IMG/VR virus record: IMGVR_UViG_3300037245_001077
Span: 32,001-96,000 of that record
Strand: one strand, 5' to 3'
From: a virus
DNA length: 64,000 nt
The notes beneath the pieces are model-generated. The model did not search any database and was not told the DNA's origin. It saw only the letters and a list, made by a program, of their open reading frames with translations. Shown here piece after piece: positions 50,501 through 60,087 of the stretch. The position numbers were made by a program, and so were the translations under genes. Position 1 is the first letter of the stretch. Each line of letters begins with the position of its first letter.

Positions 50501-50888
50501 CTATTATGAGAGTGCGCTGTTACGTCTTCGAAGGGTAGCTGCCTACTTGTCCTTGCGGTATGGCGACGTTGTCAAACACAAAGGTCTTACCCCAGTTCAG
50601 TATGAGGTTTTACTCTACGTGGATTCGTGCTTTCCCTTTTGTTCGGTGTCTGAAGTAGCGCAATTTATGGTGGTAGATAAGTCCACCTCGTCACGGGTGC
50701 TACGTGGGATCGAAGGAAAGGGACTCATACGTATTGTTCACGATACCGAAGATCGTAGAAAACGCCAAGTCATATTGACGAATGAAGGAACAGGCGTTGT
50801 GGACGATTGTCGTAAAGCGTGGATGGTGGTTGAGAAGGATGTTAGGACTAAATACGACGATGCCATTGAGCATCTGGAAATCACTTAG
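50490..50888 (+). CDS. MarR-family transcriptional regulator
   Basis: GLTPVQYEVL...VDKSTSSRVLRGIEGKGLI...EDRRKRQVILTNEG. Confidence 0.9.
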   Translation: MGDSYYESALLRLRRVAAYLSLRYGDVVKHKGLTPVQYEVLLYVDSCFPFCSVSEVAQFMVVDKSTSSRVLRGIEGKGLIRIVHDTEDRRKRQVILTNEGTGVVDDCRKAWMVVEKDVRTKYDDAIEHLEIT

Positions 50889-50900
50889 GGGGTAGAGCAC

Positions 50901-51392
50901 GTGGCGCATAAGGTAACTTTCGAAAAAAAGGTGGGCGGTGACTGGAAACCTATTCCTTCGGTTGAGCTTCGAGCGGGGGACGTAACACGGATGATAGAAA
51001 ACGGGGCTATTCTAACAGCAGAAGATGGGCGTACTACCGAGTACCGCGTTGCTAAGTTGAACGGGGTGGACCCTGATAGCCACCGGTCTTTTGACTTGGG
51101 CTTAGAACCTATTATTACCTAGGAGGAAATTTTGGACGCAGTTGTAGATGTGGTTAGAGAAAAGTATGGTGATGAGGCGGCAGAAAGGCTGGCAGAAGCT
51201 TTAAAGTCGTCAGGGGGAACGCCAATCTCCCCGCAGTCCAGTCTCGACACGAGGGTAGTTCTTGCTATTCTCGCCTCGTGTGCTTTACTGATTGGGAAAG
51301 ATCCTGCGACTGTGGACGTAGAGGACATCGCAGAGGTAGCGTTCTCCCTTAGCAATAGAATGCTTGATCCATATGGTAAAACTAAAGAGTAA
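50901..51392 (+). other. Two small hypothetical ORFs (50901-51122, 51132-51392)
   Basis: SD sites, same strand. Confidence 0.55.
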
Positions 51393-51414
51393 ACTTTTAG
51401 GAAAGAGTACTTTG

Positions 51415-51447
51415 GAGCCGGGTTTTTGACCCGGCTTCTTTATTTTC
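51415..51447 (+). terminator. Intrinsic terminator
   Basis: GAGCCGGGT-TTTTG-ACCCGGCTT followed by a T-rich tract. Confidence 0.6.
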
Positions 51448-51462
51448 TGATAGGAGATTATT

Positions 51463-51783
51463 ATGAGTAGTAAATATGCTGGTGCGATGTTGAAAGCAAC
51501 CAAAGTTGGTGGTAGGCGTTACACCACGGTAAAATCTTTGAATAAGGCTAGAGCACTTGTTCAGGCTGCTGAGAAAGCTTCTCATGGTAAGGTTATCCAA
51601 GCCAGTGAGATTTACCGTGATGACCTTATTGAAGTTCTTGTGGACACACTTATGGAGAAGGATAAGTGTGATGACAAGAAGGACGACAAGGACGACAAGA
51701 AAGACAAGAAAGACAAGAAAGAGAATCCCTTCGCTAAGTTCAAGAAAAAGAAGAAGAAAGATGACGAAGAGGATGACGATTAA
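51463..51783 (+). CDS. Charged protein with an internal RDDLIEVLVD motif and K/D repeats
   Basis: AGGAG SD; motif resembles the MTREELIE family. Confidence 0.7.
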   Translation: MSSKYAGAMLKATKVGGRRYTTVKSLNKARALVQAAEKASHGKVIQASEIYRDDLIEVLVDTLMEKDKCDDKKDDKDDKKDKKDKKENPFAKFKKKKKKDDEEDDD

Positions 51784-51986
51784 TGAATCGTGAAGAGTTA
51801 ATCGAGCTGTTGGTGGAAGAAGCTCTCAAAGACTTCCCTGGTAATGACAAAGAATCAAAGTACAAACGTATGAAGCTTCATATCATGGCAAGTGCCCGTA
51901 AAGGTCGTAAGAGTGGAAAAGACTTTAAGGCTTACGTGTACGGAGCAATGAGAAATCGTGGGTGGAAGCCCACAAGAGAGAGGTAA
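51783..51986 (+). CDS. Basic protein, MTREELIE family
   Basis: MNREELIELLVEE N-terminus. Confidence 0.75.
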   Translation: MNREELIELLVEEALKDFPGNDKESKYKRMKLHIMASARKGRKSGKDFKAYVYGAMRNRGWKPTRER

Positions 51987-51989
51987 GTT

Positions 51990-52652
51990 ATGCCCTTCCA
52001 ATCAGATTTTGAAAAAAGCCCTATTGATGTACTGGCAACCCATTATGGCCCTAAGCCTTTTGGTCCTTGGACTAGTCTTATCAGCACCCAGCTTTCTGTG
52101 TTAACGTCAGCTAAGACGCTCTCTGAGCTTCTTGCGGCGAATGACACCGATGTAGTGAACGAGGTCGTAGTAGCGGCTGACGGCACTACAATGAGCTTCT
52201 CAGGCACATTGGCCCCACATACTACTATTCCCCGTACTTCGAACATCGAAGACGGTGATTCAGTGACTTTTACAGCGACCGTGAGTTCGGGTGGTGTGGA
52301 TATCACAGATGCTGCTACTCCTGGTATTCTTGCGGGTACCAACTGCACAGGAACTATCGACTACATCACAGGTGAGTGGACCTTGGTGTTTACGGTTACT
52401 GCTCCTGATAACGCTACGAATATTGTAGTGGATTACACGTGGTTCTTTGTCCTTCCTGATACGATACAAGGCTTGTGGATGTATCCTGCTGGAGATATTA
52501 GAGCTACCTTTTCGGAAAACGGTGTTCCTACGGCTGCAACAGGTATGCTTATAGGTGAGGCTATTTTCCTAGCGGGGCAACGAGGGCTTATAGCCAACGC
52601 ATCGTTTATTGCAGGATCGACCACATTGTTAGACGTTGAAGTCATGGTGTAG
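51990..52652 (+). CDS. Putative virion structural protein
   Basis: Beta-rich, GTIDYITGEWTLVF motif seen in tail/sheath-associated domains. Confidence 0.6.
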   Translation: MPFQSDFEKSPIDVLATHYGPKPFGPWTSLISTQLSVLTSAKTLSELLAANDTDVVNEVVVAADGTTMSFSGTLAPHTTIPRTSNIEDGDSVTFTATVSSGGVDITDAATPGILAGTNCTGTIDYITGEWTLVFTVTAPDNATNIVVDYTWFFVLPDTIQGLWMYPAGDIRATFSENGVPTAATGMLIGEAIFLAGQRGLIANASFIAGSTTLLDVEVMV

Positions 52653-52655
52653 CCC

Positions 52656-53504
52656 GTGGGCACTAGACTCCATCTCCCGTCTTATCCTTCAGCGGAAGTT
52701 GGCGGGTTACAGACTGCTTTTCGTCAGAATCCTGGTGGAGGTGAAATTCTGGGGTTTGAGGCGTTTCAGTTCGACTTCAACGATCTGACGGCAGACGCGC
52801 CACCACCGAACGGCTCGATCCCGACGAAGTTCGGGGTGGCCCCGCTGGTCTCAATCGTGATGAAACAGCAGAGTAAGTACCTAACTGGCGGTCCCTGGAA
52901 TCGAACCCTCAATTTTCCGCAACCGGGCGAGACCGGCTTCGAGAATTCGACAGGCTGGGCGTTCGACGCTCGTGACTACGGCAACGGCGTGGACCTGCCA
53001 TTCGAGGGCTGGAAGTGTCAATTCTACTGGGGCTGTTATCAGACTGGCGGGCAGGATATGAGGTGGGGCCAGTTCAATATGTACGCTGGCACAATGACCG
53101 ACCTAGACGTTTCGAATCCAGGCGCGGGATACAGATGTCTTCTCAGCGTGGGCACCACGAACGTCCGGCACTACAACCGGCATCTGATCGACAATGTGCA
53201 GATCCATCTCTCAGATCTCCAGCCCGCTGGCGCGTCTCAAACGAACTATTTCGTGTGGCAAGAAATCGTGGCCGACTACACCAACCGAACAATTCAATCA
53301 ACCATCCACGATCTACAGCAGGCCGGGGAAACAACTAGCGGTGTCATCTCGATCTCAGATGTGGAGACGTTCCCGCTGGTCGCCTACAGGTATTTCGGTT
53401 TCCACTCCGGGGCCGACGCAAACAACTGTGGAGTGAAACTACATCACGGATGGTTCGGCAAACTGTCGGATGACTTCCCAGCACATCTGTCGCTGACTAC
53501 ATAG
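52656..53504 (+). CDS. Putative virion or receptor-binding protein (paralog A)
   Basis: N-terminal LHLPSYPS..GGLQTAFRQ.PG shared with the next gene. Confidence 0.7.
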   Translation: MGTRLHLPSYPSAEVGGLQTAFRQNPGGGEILGFEAFQFDFNDLTADAPPPNGSIPTKFGVAPLVSIVMKQQSKYLTGGPWNRTLNFPQPGETGFENSTGWAFDARDYGNGVDLPFEGWKCQFYWGCYQTGGQDMRWGQFNMYAGTMTDLDVSNPGAGYRCLLSVGTTNVRHYNRHLIDNVQIHLSDLQPAGASQTNYFVWQEIVADYTNRTIQSTIHDLQQAGETTSGVISISDVETFPLVAYRYFGFHSGADANNCGVKLHHGWFGKLSDDFPAHLSLTT

Positions 53505-53514
53505 ATGAAAGACC

Positions 53515-54300
53515 ATGATTACTAAACTTTATTTCCCATTTTATCCTTCAATGAGTGACGGTGGGTTGCAGCCTGCTTTCCGTCAATACCCTGGTGATGG
53601 TGGGGGTGGTAATTTTCTAAGTTTGCCCGTTTACCACCACTGGAACGGTGAAACAGTTGGAGAAATCCCATCATACAGCACAAAGCCGGATTCGGTTCCA
53701 GCACTCCTGATTCATGGGGATCATCCGACAAATTGGACTCACTGTGCGAGGGGGCCGACTGTAGCTGCCGCTGACGGTCTGCTTGTAGACCTCGGTGGAA
53801 CACTTTCTCCAAACATGTCTGGAATAAGGGTGCTCACACTCCACCGGACGCAGGGTACGGCGTTAATGTGGTGTGATGTCCAGCTCACAGCGGGACCGAC
53901 AGATCTTTTTGGTAATGATTATGTGTTCTGGGAGATTGCAGAGAATGTCAGCCCGGACGAGCGTGTTCATAGAAGGATTATTGGCGGTGTCGAAGATTTC
54001 AACGAAGTTTACACCGGGCACGGAGAGAACAGAGCCAAAGGAAATAGCTGGAGATATGTGTTCTACGAGCAACTGAAGAACGGCGACACAACCTGGAGTG
54101 TTTACAATGAGAGTGGAACCCTGGATTATACTGGGTCTCGGGCGTACCAGGGAACAGCCGAGGTGTTTCCTGAGAACATGCGGTATCTCGGACTCAGGAG
54201 TTGGAATAACGGTTCAGAGTTTGCCCAAATCTGGGTTGGTACGAGTGATGATGCTTGGCCGAGTCTGCCGATGACCCCGATTTCTAATCTAGGTATATAA
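53515..54300 (+). CDS. Putative virion or receptor-binding protein (paralog B)
   Basis: N-terminal LYFPFYPS..GGLQPAFRQ.PG. Confidence 0.7.
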   Translation: MITKLYFPFYPSMSDGGLQPAFRQYPGDGGGGNFLSLPVYHHWNGETVGEIPSYSTKPDSVPALLIHGDHPTNWTHCARGPTVAAADGLLVDLGGTLSPNMSGIRVLTLHRTQGTALMWCDVQLTAGPTDLFGNDYVFWEIAENVSPDERVHRRIIGGVEDFNEVYTGHGENRAKGNSWRYVFYEQLKNGDTTWSVYNESGTLDYTGSRAYQGTAEVFPENMRYLGLRSWNNGSEFAQIWVGTSDDAWPSLPMTPISNLGI

Positions 54301-54301
54301 C

Positions 54302-54329
54302 TTGACACCCTACATTATAAGAGTATGAT
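54302..54329 (+). promoter_or_regulatory. Sigma70-type promoter (probably a leaderless mRNA)
   Basis: TTGACA-N16-TATGAT, ATG 8 nt downstream. Confidence 0.5.
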
Positions 54330-54336
54330 AAGATTC

Positions 54337-56439
54337 ATGAAGAATGTTGTTGTTCTTGCTGTTCCGGTTCTAGCATTAACTTTGATAATTGCAGCCTTCA
54401 GTTGTGGAGGGAACGGTACACCTCCCCCTAACGCAACGAAGACACCTACAGCTATCATTTCACCGACTGCTACTGCAATCCCTCCGACCGAAACCCCTGT
54501 GCCACAGCCTATTCCTGAGCTTATCCCTCCTTTTCCGAAGGTGATGGGAATGGTTCAGCTTGGAGATATGGCAGATCCTCTTGACACTAATACCTATAAC
54601 TTCCAGTCGAATGCGGAGACTGCTAATCAGCTATTGGCAAACGGATTTCAAGCTATCCAAATTTGGCCGCACGAGAGAGTTATGTCCCAAGATGTAGGGT
54701 TAGTTATCTGCAATCCAGGTATCAAGGTTATTGCTATTCGTCCACTGGCTCGTGTGTCTATGGATTCAGGTACTTGTATAGAGGGTACGCAGAATCCAAC
54801 TTGGGAGAATGCTGACTTTGGTCAGATTGCGTATGATCTTCTTGAGCAGTATGGAGATCTATCGTGCCGAGGTGGAGAACCCTTGGATATCATCTTGAAT
54901 AACTGGGAGATCGACTGGCAGTACAAAGGACCGTTTTGCCGAGAAGCTACTCCTACTCCTTATCGTTATCAAAAAGTTACTGAGATGTTGAAGACTCGTC
55001 AGATGGGGGTTGAGTGGGCAAGATCGGTCTTTCCTGATGCCTTATTGAGAGTCCTCCATGGTATTGTGGTTAACCATCATGAAGCAACTTACGCCTTTAG
55101 TTTTAGCCGAGATGTGTTGCCAGGGCTTATTGCTGATGGGTATGGACCACACGTTATTGGTATCTCTTTCTATACTAAGCAGTGGACTTTCACACAGGTT
55201 GTAGAGGTTCTCAAACTTCGTACAGGGTACCCGGTAAGCCGGATGTATGTTGCTGAGCATGGTGAAAATGAGAAGTGGCCTGGAAGACAGCGCGGTAGAT
55301 TTGAGCAAACGCTTCCTCGCATGGATGCTGCGGGTATCCGTGTTGTTTTCATGTGGACATGGAAGCAATTTTGGCCGGGAAGTATAGCAGAGGATGGTTC
55401 CCGTACTGGTGGGTGGCATGGTTTATGGGAAGTTGACGAGAATTTGGGACTTCCAATCCAGCGTAGTTTTACAGGTAGATGGACTTCAGGTTTACGTTTT
55501 GTTCAAGAGTTCAGAATGCGCTTTGACGAGCCACCACTACCTGCTATAACGCCACCAGTAGGAAATACGCCGGTACCTAGTCCGACACCACCAGGAGGAG
55601 GAGCTACACCTACGCCTACACCCACGTCTGTCCCCCCTACTGAGACGCCTAAGCCACCTCCAACAGGGACGCCTATGCCACCTACACCAACGTTTGTACC
55701 CCCTACTGAGACGCCCGTAGATACTCCTACTCCTCCAGTAGCTACTGAGACTCCTATCCCACCACCAGTCTACACATTTACTCCTACTCCTGATCCTTGT
55801 GCAGATTGTCCTATACCTGGGACTATTTGGTGTGATATGTACCCCGAGGTGTGTGCTCAGTGTTGGGAAGACTGTGGTCAGCCGATGAGTACTCCTACTC
55901 CTGGGCCTCCAACTAATACTCCTACTAAGACGCCTACTCCTGGGGCACCAACACCTACTCCTACTTCTGTACCGGAAGATTGTGATGGCTGCCCGCTACC
56001 TGGGACGCTGTGGTGCGAGATGGCACCGGACGCTTGCTATCAGTGCTGGGAAGACTGTGGTGAACCGCTACCTACACGTACTCCTACGCCAATCCCTACT
56101 ATTACACCAACGCCTACTCCTCCTTGGTCAAATAATCCAACGTTTTCAGTATACCCAGACGCTACTCCAACACATTGTGTGTGGGTTTTCACGCATGATG
56201 AGTCTGGTACTGTTATTTCTGAAGAAGTTGCTCTCTGTGCGGACATGAACCAGACGTTTGGCTTAGAGGGTTGGTGGACTATAGAGATAATGACACATTA
56301 TAATCATGGGGCTGTAGGGATTCAGACTGAGCCGAATGGCGATAAGCATGGAGACCTTGATGGTGACGGTATGTACGAGTATTGGCATAGTCAACCGTTA
56401 GAAGTCTTACCCAAACCGGCTGTTCCTATTTTCATTTAG
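54337..56439 (+). CDS. Lipoprotein with a clan GH-A-like glycoside hydrolase domain, Pro/Thr linkers and two Cys-rich repeats
   Basis: Lipobox AFSC, NNWE acid/base, YVAEHG nucleophile, VFMW; CxxCP.PGT.WC...CWEDCG twice. Confidence 0.65.
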   Translation: MKNVVVLAVPVLALTLIIAAFSCGGNGTPPPNATKTPTAIISPTATAIPPTETPVPQPIPELIPPFPKVMGMVQLGDMADPLDTNTYNFQSNAETANQLLANGFQAIQIWPHERVMSQDVGLVICNPGIKVIAIRPLARVSMDSGTCIEGTQNPTWENADFGQIAYDLLEQYGDLSCRGGEPLDIILNNWEIDWQYKGPFCREATPTPYRYQKVTEMLKTRQMGVEWARSVFPDALLRVLHGIVVNHHEATYAFSFSRDVLPGLIADGYGPHVIGISFYTKQWTFTQVVEVLKLRTGYPVSRMYVAEHGENEKWPGRQRGRFEQTLPRMDAAGIRVVFMWTWKQFWPGSIAEDGSRTGGWHGLWEVDENLGLPIQRSFTGRWTSGLRFVQEFRMRFDEPPLPAITPPVGNTPVPSPTPPGGGATPTPTPTSVPPTETPKPPPTGTPMPPTPTFVPPTETPVDTPTPPVATETPIPPPVYTFTPTPDPCADCPIPGTIWCDMYPEVCAQCWEDCGQPMSTPTPGPPTNTPTKTPTPGAPTPTPTSVPEDCDGCPLPGTLWCEMAPDACYQCWEDCGEPLPTRTPTPIPTITPTPTPPWSNNPTFSVYPDATPTHCVWVFTHDESGTVISEEVALCADMNQTFGLEGWWTIEIMTHYNHGAVGIQTEPNGDKHGDLDGDGMYEYWHSQPLEVLPKPAVPIFI

Positions 56440-56441
56440 GA

Positions 56442-56975
56442 GTGTGCATGTCAGCTAGAGAAGCAGTAGAGGCGTATATTGATGCGCTAAGAGATGTGGG
56501 CGCAGATATCCTAAAGTACCAATTTCGGGTAATAGATGGCAAGATCTGTTTGGGTCATGTCTGGGGTGTAGGGTTAGATGAGATTCAGTGGGCCATGATA
56601 TGGCATACCCCTGAAGAATTTTCTAAGATGGCGAGAATGCGTCGGTTGGATTCCCGTCCTACCAGTAAAATAGGAAATCGTTTTGTAGAGGTTGACAAAG
56701 GAACCTCTTGATGGTATCCTTGAGTTCGGAGGTAATTGATGGTTAACCCAGTACGACAACCAACGTCTAGATTTGAGAAGTTCCTAATGGGGCTTAAAGT
56801 TATTGTCCAGGCTCAGCCTGGAGCGCAGATGGACTTTGGAGCTAGGGGAGCTTTCCTCGTGGGCAACACCGAAGATCCATTCGTGACCAAGGGGATGAGG
56901 GACTATCTCTCCGGGCTAGGTTTCAGTGTGGATAGTGACAAGGAGATGTTCTCTTTCCAAGTTAAAAATGAGTAA
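56442..56975 (+). other. Two small hypothetical ORFs (56442-56711, 56736-56975)
   Basis: SD sites; promoter TTGACA-N17-TATCCT at 56692-56720 between them. Confidence 0.55.
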
Positions 56976-57348
56976 GCAGGTAAAGCTAAAGCGTAACGCG
57001 CAACGGATTCATTTCAGGCGCAGGGTGTTTGAACGGTTGGGTTACGAAATCCGCCCTGAAGAAGTAGGGAGAATTAAGCAGGAGATCCGGAGTGGAACGG
57101 GGGAACTTCTTACCCGCCCAAATAAACGCTTATCACTTTGGCGCATAGAGGTTGGAAACCGAAAGGGGTTTGTGGTAGTATATGACGCTGAAACGGAAGA
57201 ACTGGTTACCTTAATGACAGATAGTATCTGGCAAGAACAAGACATGTGTAATTCACCTCACGTATCTGATAGTGCTGAGCTTAAAGGTAGCCTGTCAGAT
57301 CATCGTGGGGCTGAATCTTTGTTGGAGTTACGGAAGAAAATCGTATGA
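56968..57348 (+). CDS. Hypothetical protein with an HxxRRxxER motif (RelE/DUF4258-like fold possible)
   Basis: IHFRRRVFER...VVVYD....LVTL. Confidence 0.5.
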   Translation: MSKQVKLKRNAQRIHFRRRVFERLGYEIRPEEVGRIKQEIRSGTGELLTRPNKRLSLWRIEVGNRKGFVVVYDAETEELVTLMTDSIWQEQDMCNSPHVSDSAELKGSLSDHRGAESLLELRKKIV

Positions 57349-57360
57349 AAGGAGTATGTA

Positions 57361-57864
57361 ATGGCGAGGAAAGCAGATGATATCAAAAAAGAGTTAGCTC
57401 GTCGTTCTTTAGAGCGAAAAGAAAGTGCTAGTAAACCTGACGTAGTAGAGAACGGTGAGGTCGAAGAGCTAGAGACAGAAATGCTTACAGATATGGAAGA
57501 GGTTCTTGAAGAGGGGGAGGAAGATTACGAAGACATCGGAGATTTCGATGCTTTAATTGATCTAGCCCACGAGGAGGGTTACGGTGCTTACTACGAGGGG
57601 CAAGAGGTAACGTCCAATCCCTACACGATGTTTGAAGATGAGGATGCTGACGCTCACAACCTGTACGTTGCTGCTTGGGAAGAGGGTTGGGTGGACGCAC
57701 ATCGAGAAGGTTGTCTCACTGACGTAGTTGTCGCTGCATACAAGCTTGTAAAGGCAGGGACAGAGGAAGAAGCCACTAAGATGTTTTCCCACTTGGAGGA
57801 AAGTCTTACTGCTCTCGGGGAAGTTTCAAATCTTGATGAGCTGGAAGAGTCTTGGGGCGAGTGA
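57361..57864 (+). CDS. Acidic protein with an Rmf/CrpP-like motif
   Basis: EEGYGAYYEG...NPY...AWEEGW. Confidence 0.55.
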   Translation: MARKADDIKKELARRSLERKESASKPDVVENGEVEELETEMLTDMEEVLEEGEEDYEDIGDFDALIDLAHEEGYGAYYEGQEVTSNPYTMFEDEDADAHNLYVAAWEEGWVDAHREGCLTDVVVAAYKLVKAGTEEEATKMFSHLEESLTALGEVSNLDELEESWGE

Positions 57865-57884
57865 ACACCTTTGAGGTTAGTAGG

Positions 57885-57914
57885 ATAAAGACGCCTCTAG
57901 GCGTCTTTATTTTT
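57885..57914 (+). terminator. Intrinsic terminator
   Basis: ATAAAGACGCC-TCTA-GGCGTCTTTAT-TTTT. Confidence 0.7.
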
Positions 57915-57931
57915 GTGAGGAGACATGGCTC

Positions 57932-58354
57932 ATGAGTGACGAATACACTTCGCAACAATTGCTTACACGAGCTTTGGAGCTGCTCTCGGATCAGTACAAC
58001 ATTGATATGGATACCTTTTTCTTGATCGTCACGAAGGACGCTAAGAAAGAGGATGATGGCCTACCGGGTACCCAGATTGTAGTTGGAGAGTTGGAAACCC
58101 GTGCTGTTTTGACCTTCATTATTCATGCTATCCAGCAGCTTAGTTCCGTGAATGGAGTTCCACCGTATGTGTTTATAAGCCGCCATATCCTTGGTCATTT
58201 CATCGACGAGGAAAAACAAGCTATTACTATGGCCCTTAACGCAGATACTTTTAGTGAAGATGGGCCAGAAATTAGCTTGGAAGACGAAAGAGTGGAAGCG
58301 GCTATACCCAATATGCTTGTCTACGATAAGAAGCTGATGGACAACGAAAACTAG
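57932..58354 (+). CDS. Hypothetical protein
   Basis: GAGGAG SD. Confidence 0.7.
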   Translation: MSDEYTSQQLLTRALELLSDQYNIDMDTFFLIVTKDAKKEDDGLPGTQIVVGELETRAVLTFIIHAIQQLSSVNGVPPYVFISRHILGHFIDEEKQAITMALNADTFSEDGPEISLEDERVEAAIPNMLVYDKKLMDNEN

Positions 58355-58426
58355 TCTCTTATTTTTGTACCGGAGTATCTAGCAGCTCGAAAGGGCTGCT
58401 TCTGTTTATTCAATGGAGAGAACTAG

Positions 58427-60007
58427 ATGGCCGTAACCGTAACAGCAAATCTGGCATTAGCTTCTGATGCTGACACCGAGGACTCTCAAGGTTCTTGGGT
58501 TGGTAACTCTGGGGATACTGATCCTGAGGTTTATATCCAGGGTAACGGCTCCTATACCTGGCAAGCGAGTAAAAACGCTCGTACTGACTGTACATTCACT
58601 CCTACAACCAACCTAAATATGAGCGCAGCGGGCACCCACCTGTATTGGTGGGCGCAAAACGCTGTAGCAGCCTTCATGGAGCCAAAGGTTGAGACAGGAA
58701 ATGACCCCGGTTACACCCTTCGACTGACGGATGGTTCTGGAAATTACGTGGAGTGGTACGTTGCCGGAAGTGATACTTGGGGTGGTGAGTGGCGGTGTTT
58801 TGTTATAGATGTGAACGACACCACTGACATTTATGCCAGTAGCGGCACGTTACAACTGAATGATATTGCTGAGATTATGTGGCAGGTGGACATTAGTAAC
58901 TCTGGTCAAATCCGAATTATTGACAACCAATGGAACGATGTAGTCCGTTTTGGTACTGGACTAACGGCTACGGGTACAGACTTTGATCTCACAGATATAG
59001 CTGATGACGATGAATTGGACGCTAATAAATATGGCATCTTAGAGATTAAAGATGGTGTATTGTTTTGTCAGGGACAGCTTCAAGTTGGAGACGGTGCAAC
59101 AACTACCACGTTCACGAGTGCTGATGAAGTATTGGTATTTAAGGATCGTAATGCTAACGGCTCTGGAATGGTGGCATCAGGCTTCTATAAGCTCTTGTTT
59201 ACCGGTTCAGGGTTAACCGCAGATGTTGATGGGTTGGTAGCTAAGGGCGCGGGAATCCCTGATACCACTCGTTTTATCTTCGATGCGAGCGATACAGATA
59301 TAACCTCGGATATCGCTGGTTCAACGTTTATTCGGGCCTCTGCTGTTACTTTTGCTGCGGGTGACTCAATTACTAACTCGGTGTTTAACAACTGTGGGCA
59401 GGTAGTTCCGAGTACTTCCATATTTGCTAACAACACGCTGTCAAATTATGTAGGCTTAGAGGGTGGAGCATTGCTTTTCCCCACTGACGACACAAATATT
59501 GGTAGTATCACCTTCATCAATAATGATGATGGTGTTGAGTATGATGGCACTAGCGATTCTACAACTCCGACGTTTAACAATTTCAACTTTGATGACGTTG
59601 GTGGGAAGTACGATGTCAACAACACGTCTGGTGGTGCGGAGACAATTTCGATTGTTAACACCCCAACAGGTGGCGCGAACTCATACAACCCAGGTGGTGA
59701 TGTAGTTACCTTTAGTGCTGATGTGGCCTTAGTAGTCACGGTTGTGGATACTGGTGGTATTGCAGTAGTTGCGGCACAGACGGCAATTTATACGGTATCT
59801 GGTGATACTGAGCTTATGAACAAGGATACGATTGCTGGGGGTATCGCGCAAACATCATATAACTATGCTGGTGAGACTCCTGTGTATATCCGGGTTAGAA
59901 AAAGTAGTACAGGAGACACGCGATATAAGAACGCTTTTGCAGGTGGAACAATTACTGGAGATGGACTTAATGTAAGAATTACTCTCACTGAAGAGGGCGT
60001 GTCGTAA
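58427..60007 (+). CDS. Putative tail or virion beta-rich protein
   Basis: 526 aa, G/T/D/N-rich, beta-helix-like C-terminal half. Confidence 0.75.
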   Translation: MAVTVTANLALASDADTEDSQGSWVGNSGDTDPEVYIQGNGSYTWQASKNARTDCTFTPTTNLNMSAAGTHLYWWAQNAVAAFMEPKVETGNDPGYTLRLTDGSGNYVEWYVAGSDTWGGEWRCFVIDVNDTTDIYASSGTLQLNDIAEIMWQVDISNSGQIRIIDNQWNDVVRFGTGLTATGTDFDLTDIADDDELDANKYGILEIKDGVLFCQGQLQVGDGATTTTFTSADEVLVFKDRNANGSGMVASGFYKLLFTGSGLTADVDGLVAKGAGIPDTTRFIFDASDTDITSDIAGSTFIRASAVTFAAGDSITNSVFNNCGQVVPSTSIFANNTLSNYVGLEGGALLFPTDDTNIGSITFINNDDGVEYDGTSDSTTPTFNNFNFDDVGGKYDVNNTSGGAETISIVNTPTGGANSYNPGGDVVTFSADVALVVTVVDTGGIAVVAAQTAIYTVSGDTELMNKDTIAGGIAQTSYNYAGETPVYIRVRKSSTGDTRYKNAFAGGTITGDGLNVRITLTEEGVS

Positions 60008-60087
60008 AAACAGAGGCTTAATGGCTTTATTTCATGATATGAATCGGCGTGCCCGTGCGCCATTACTAAGAACATAGGGAGGTTCCA

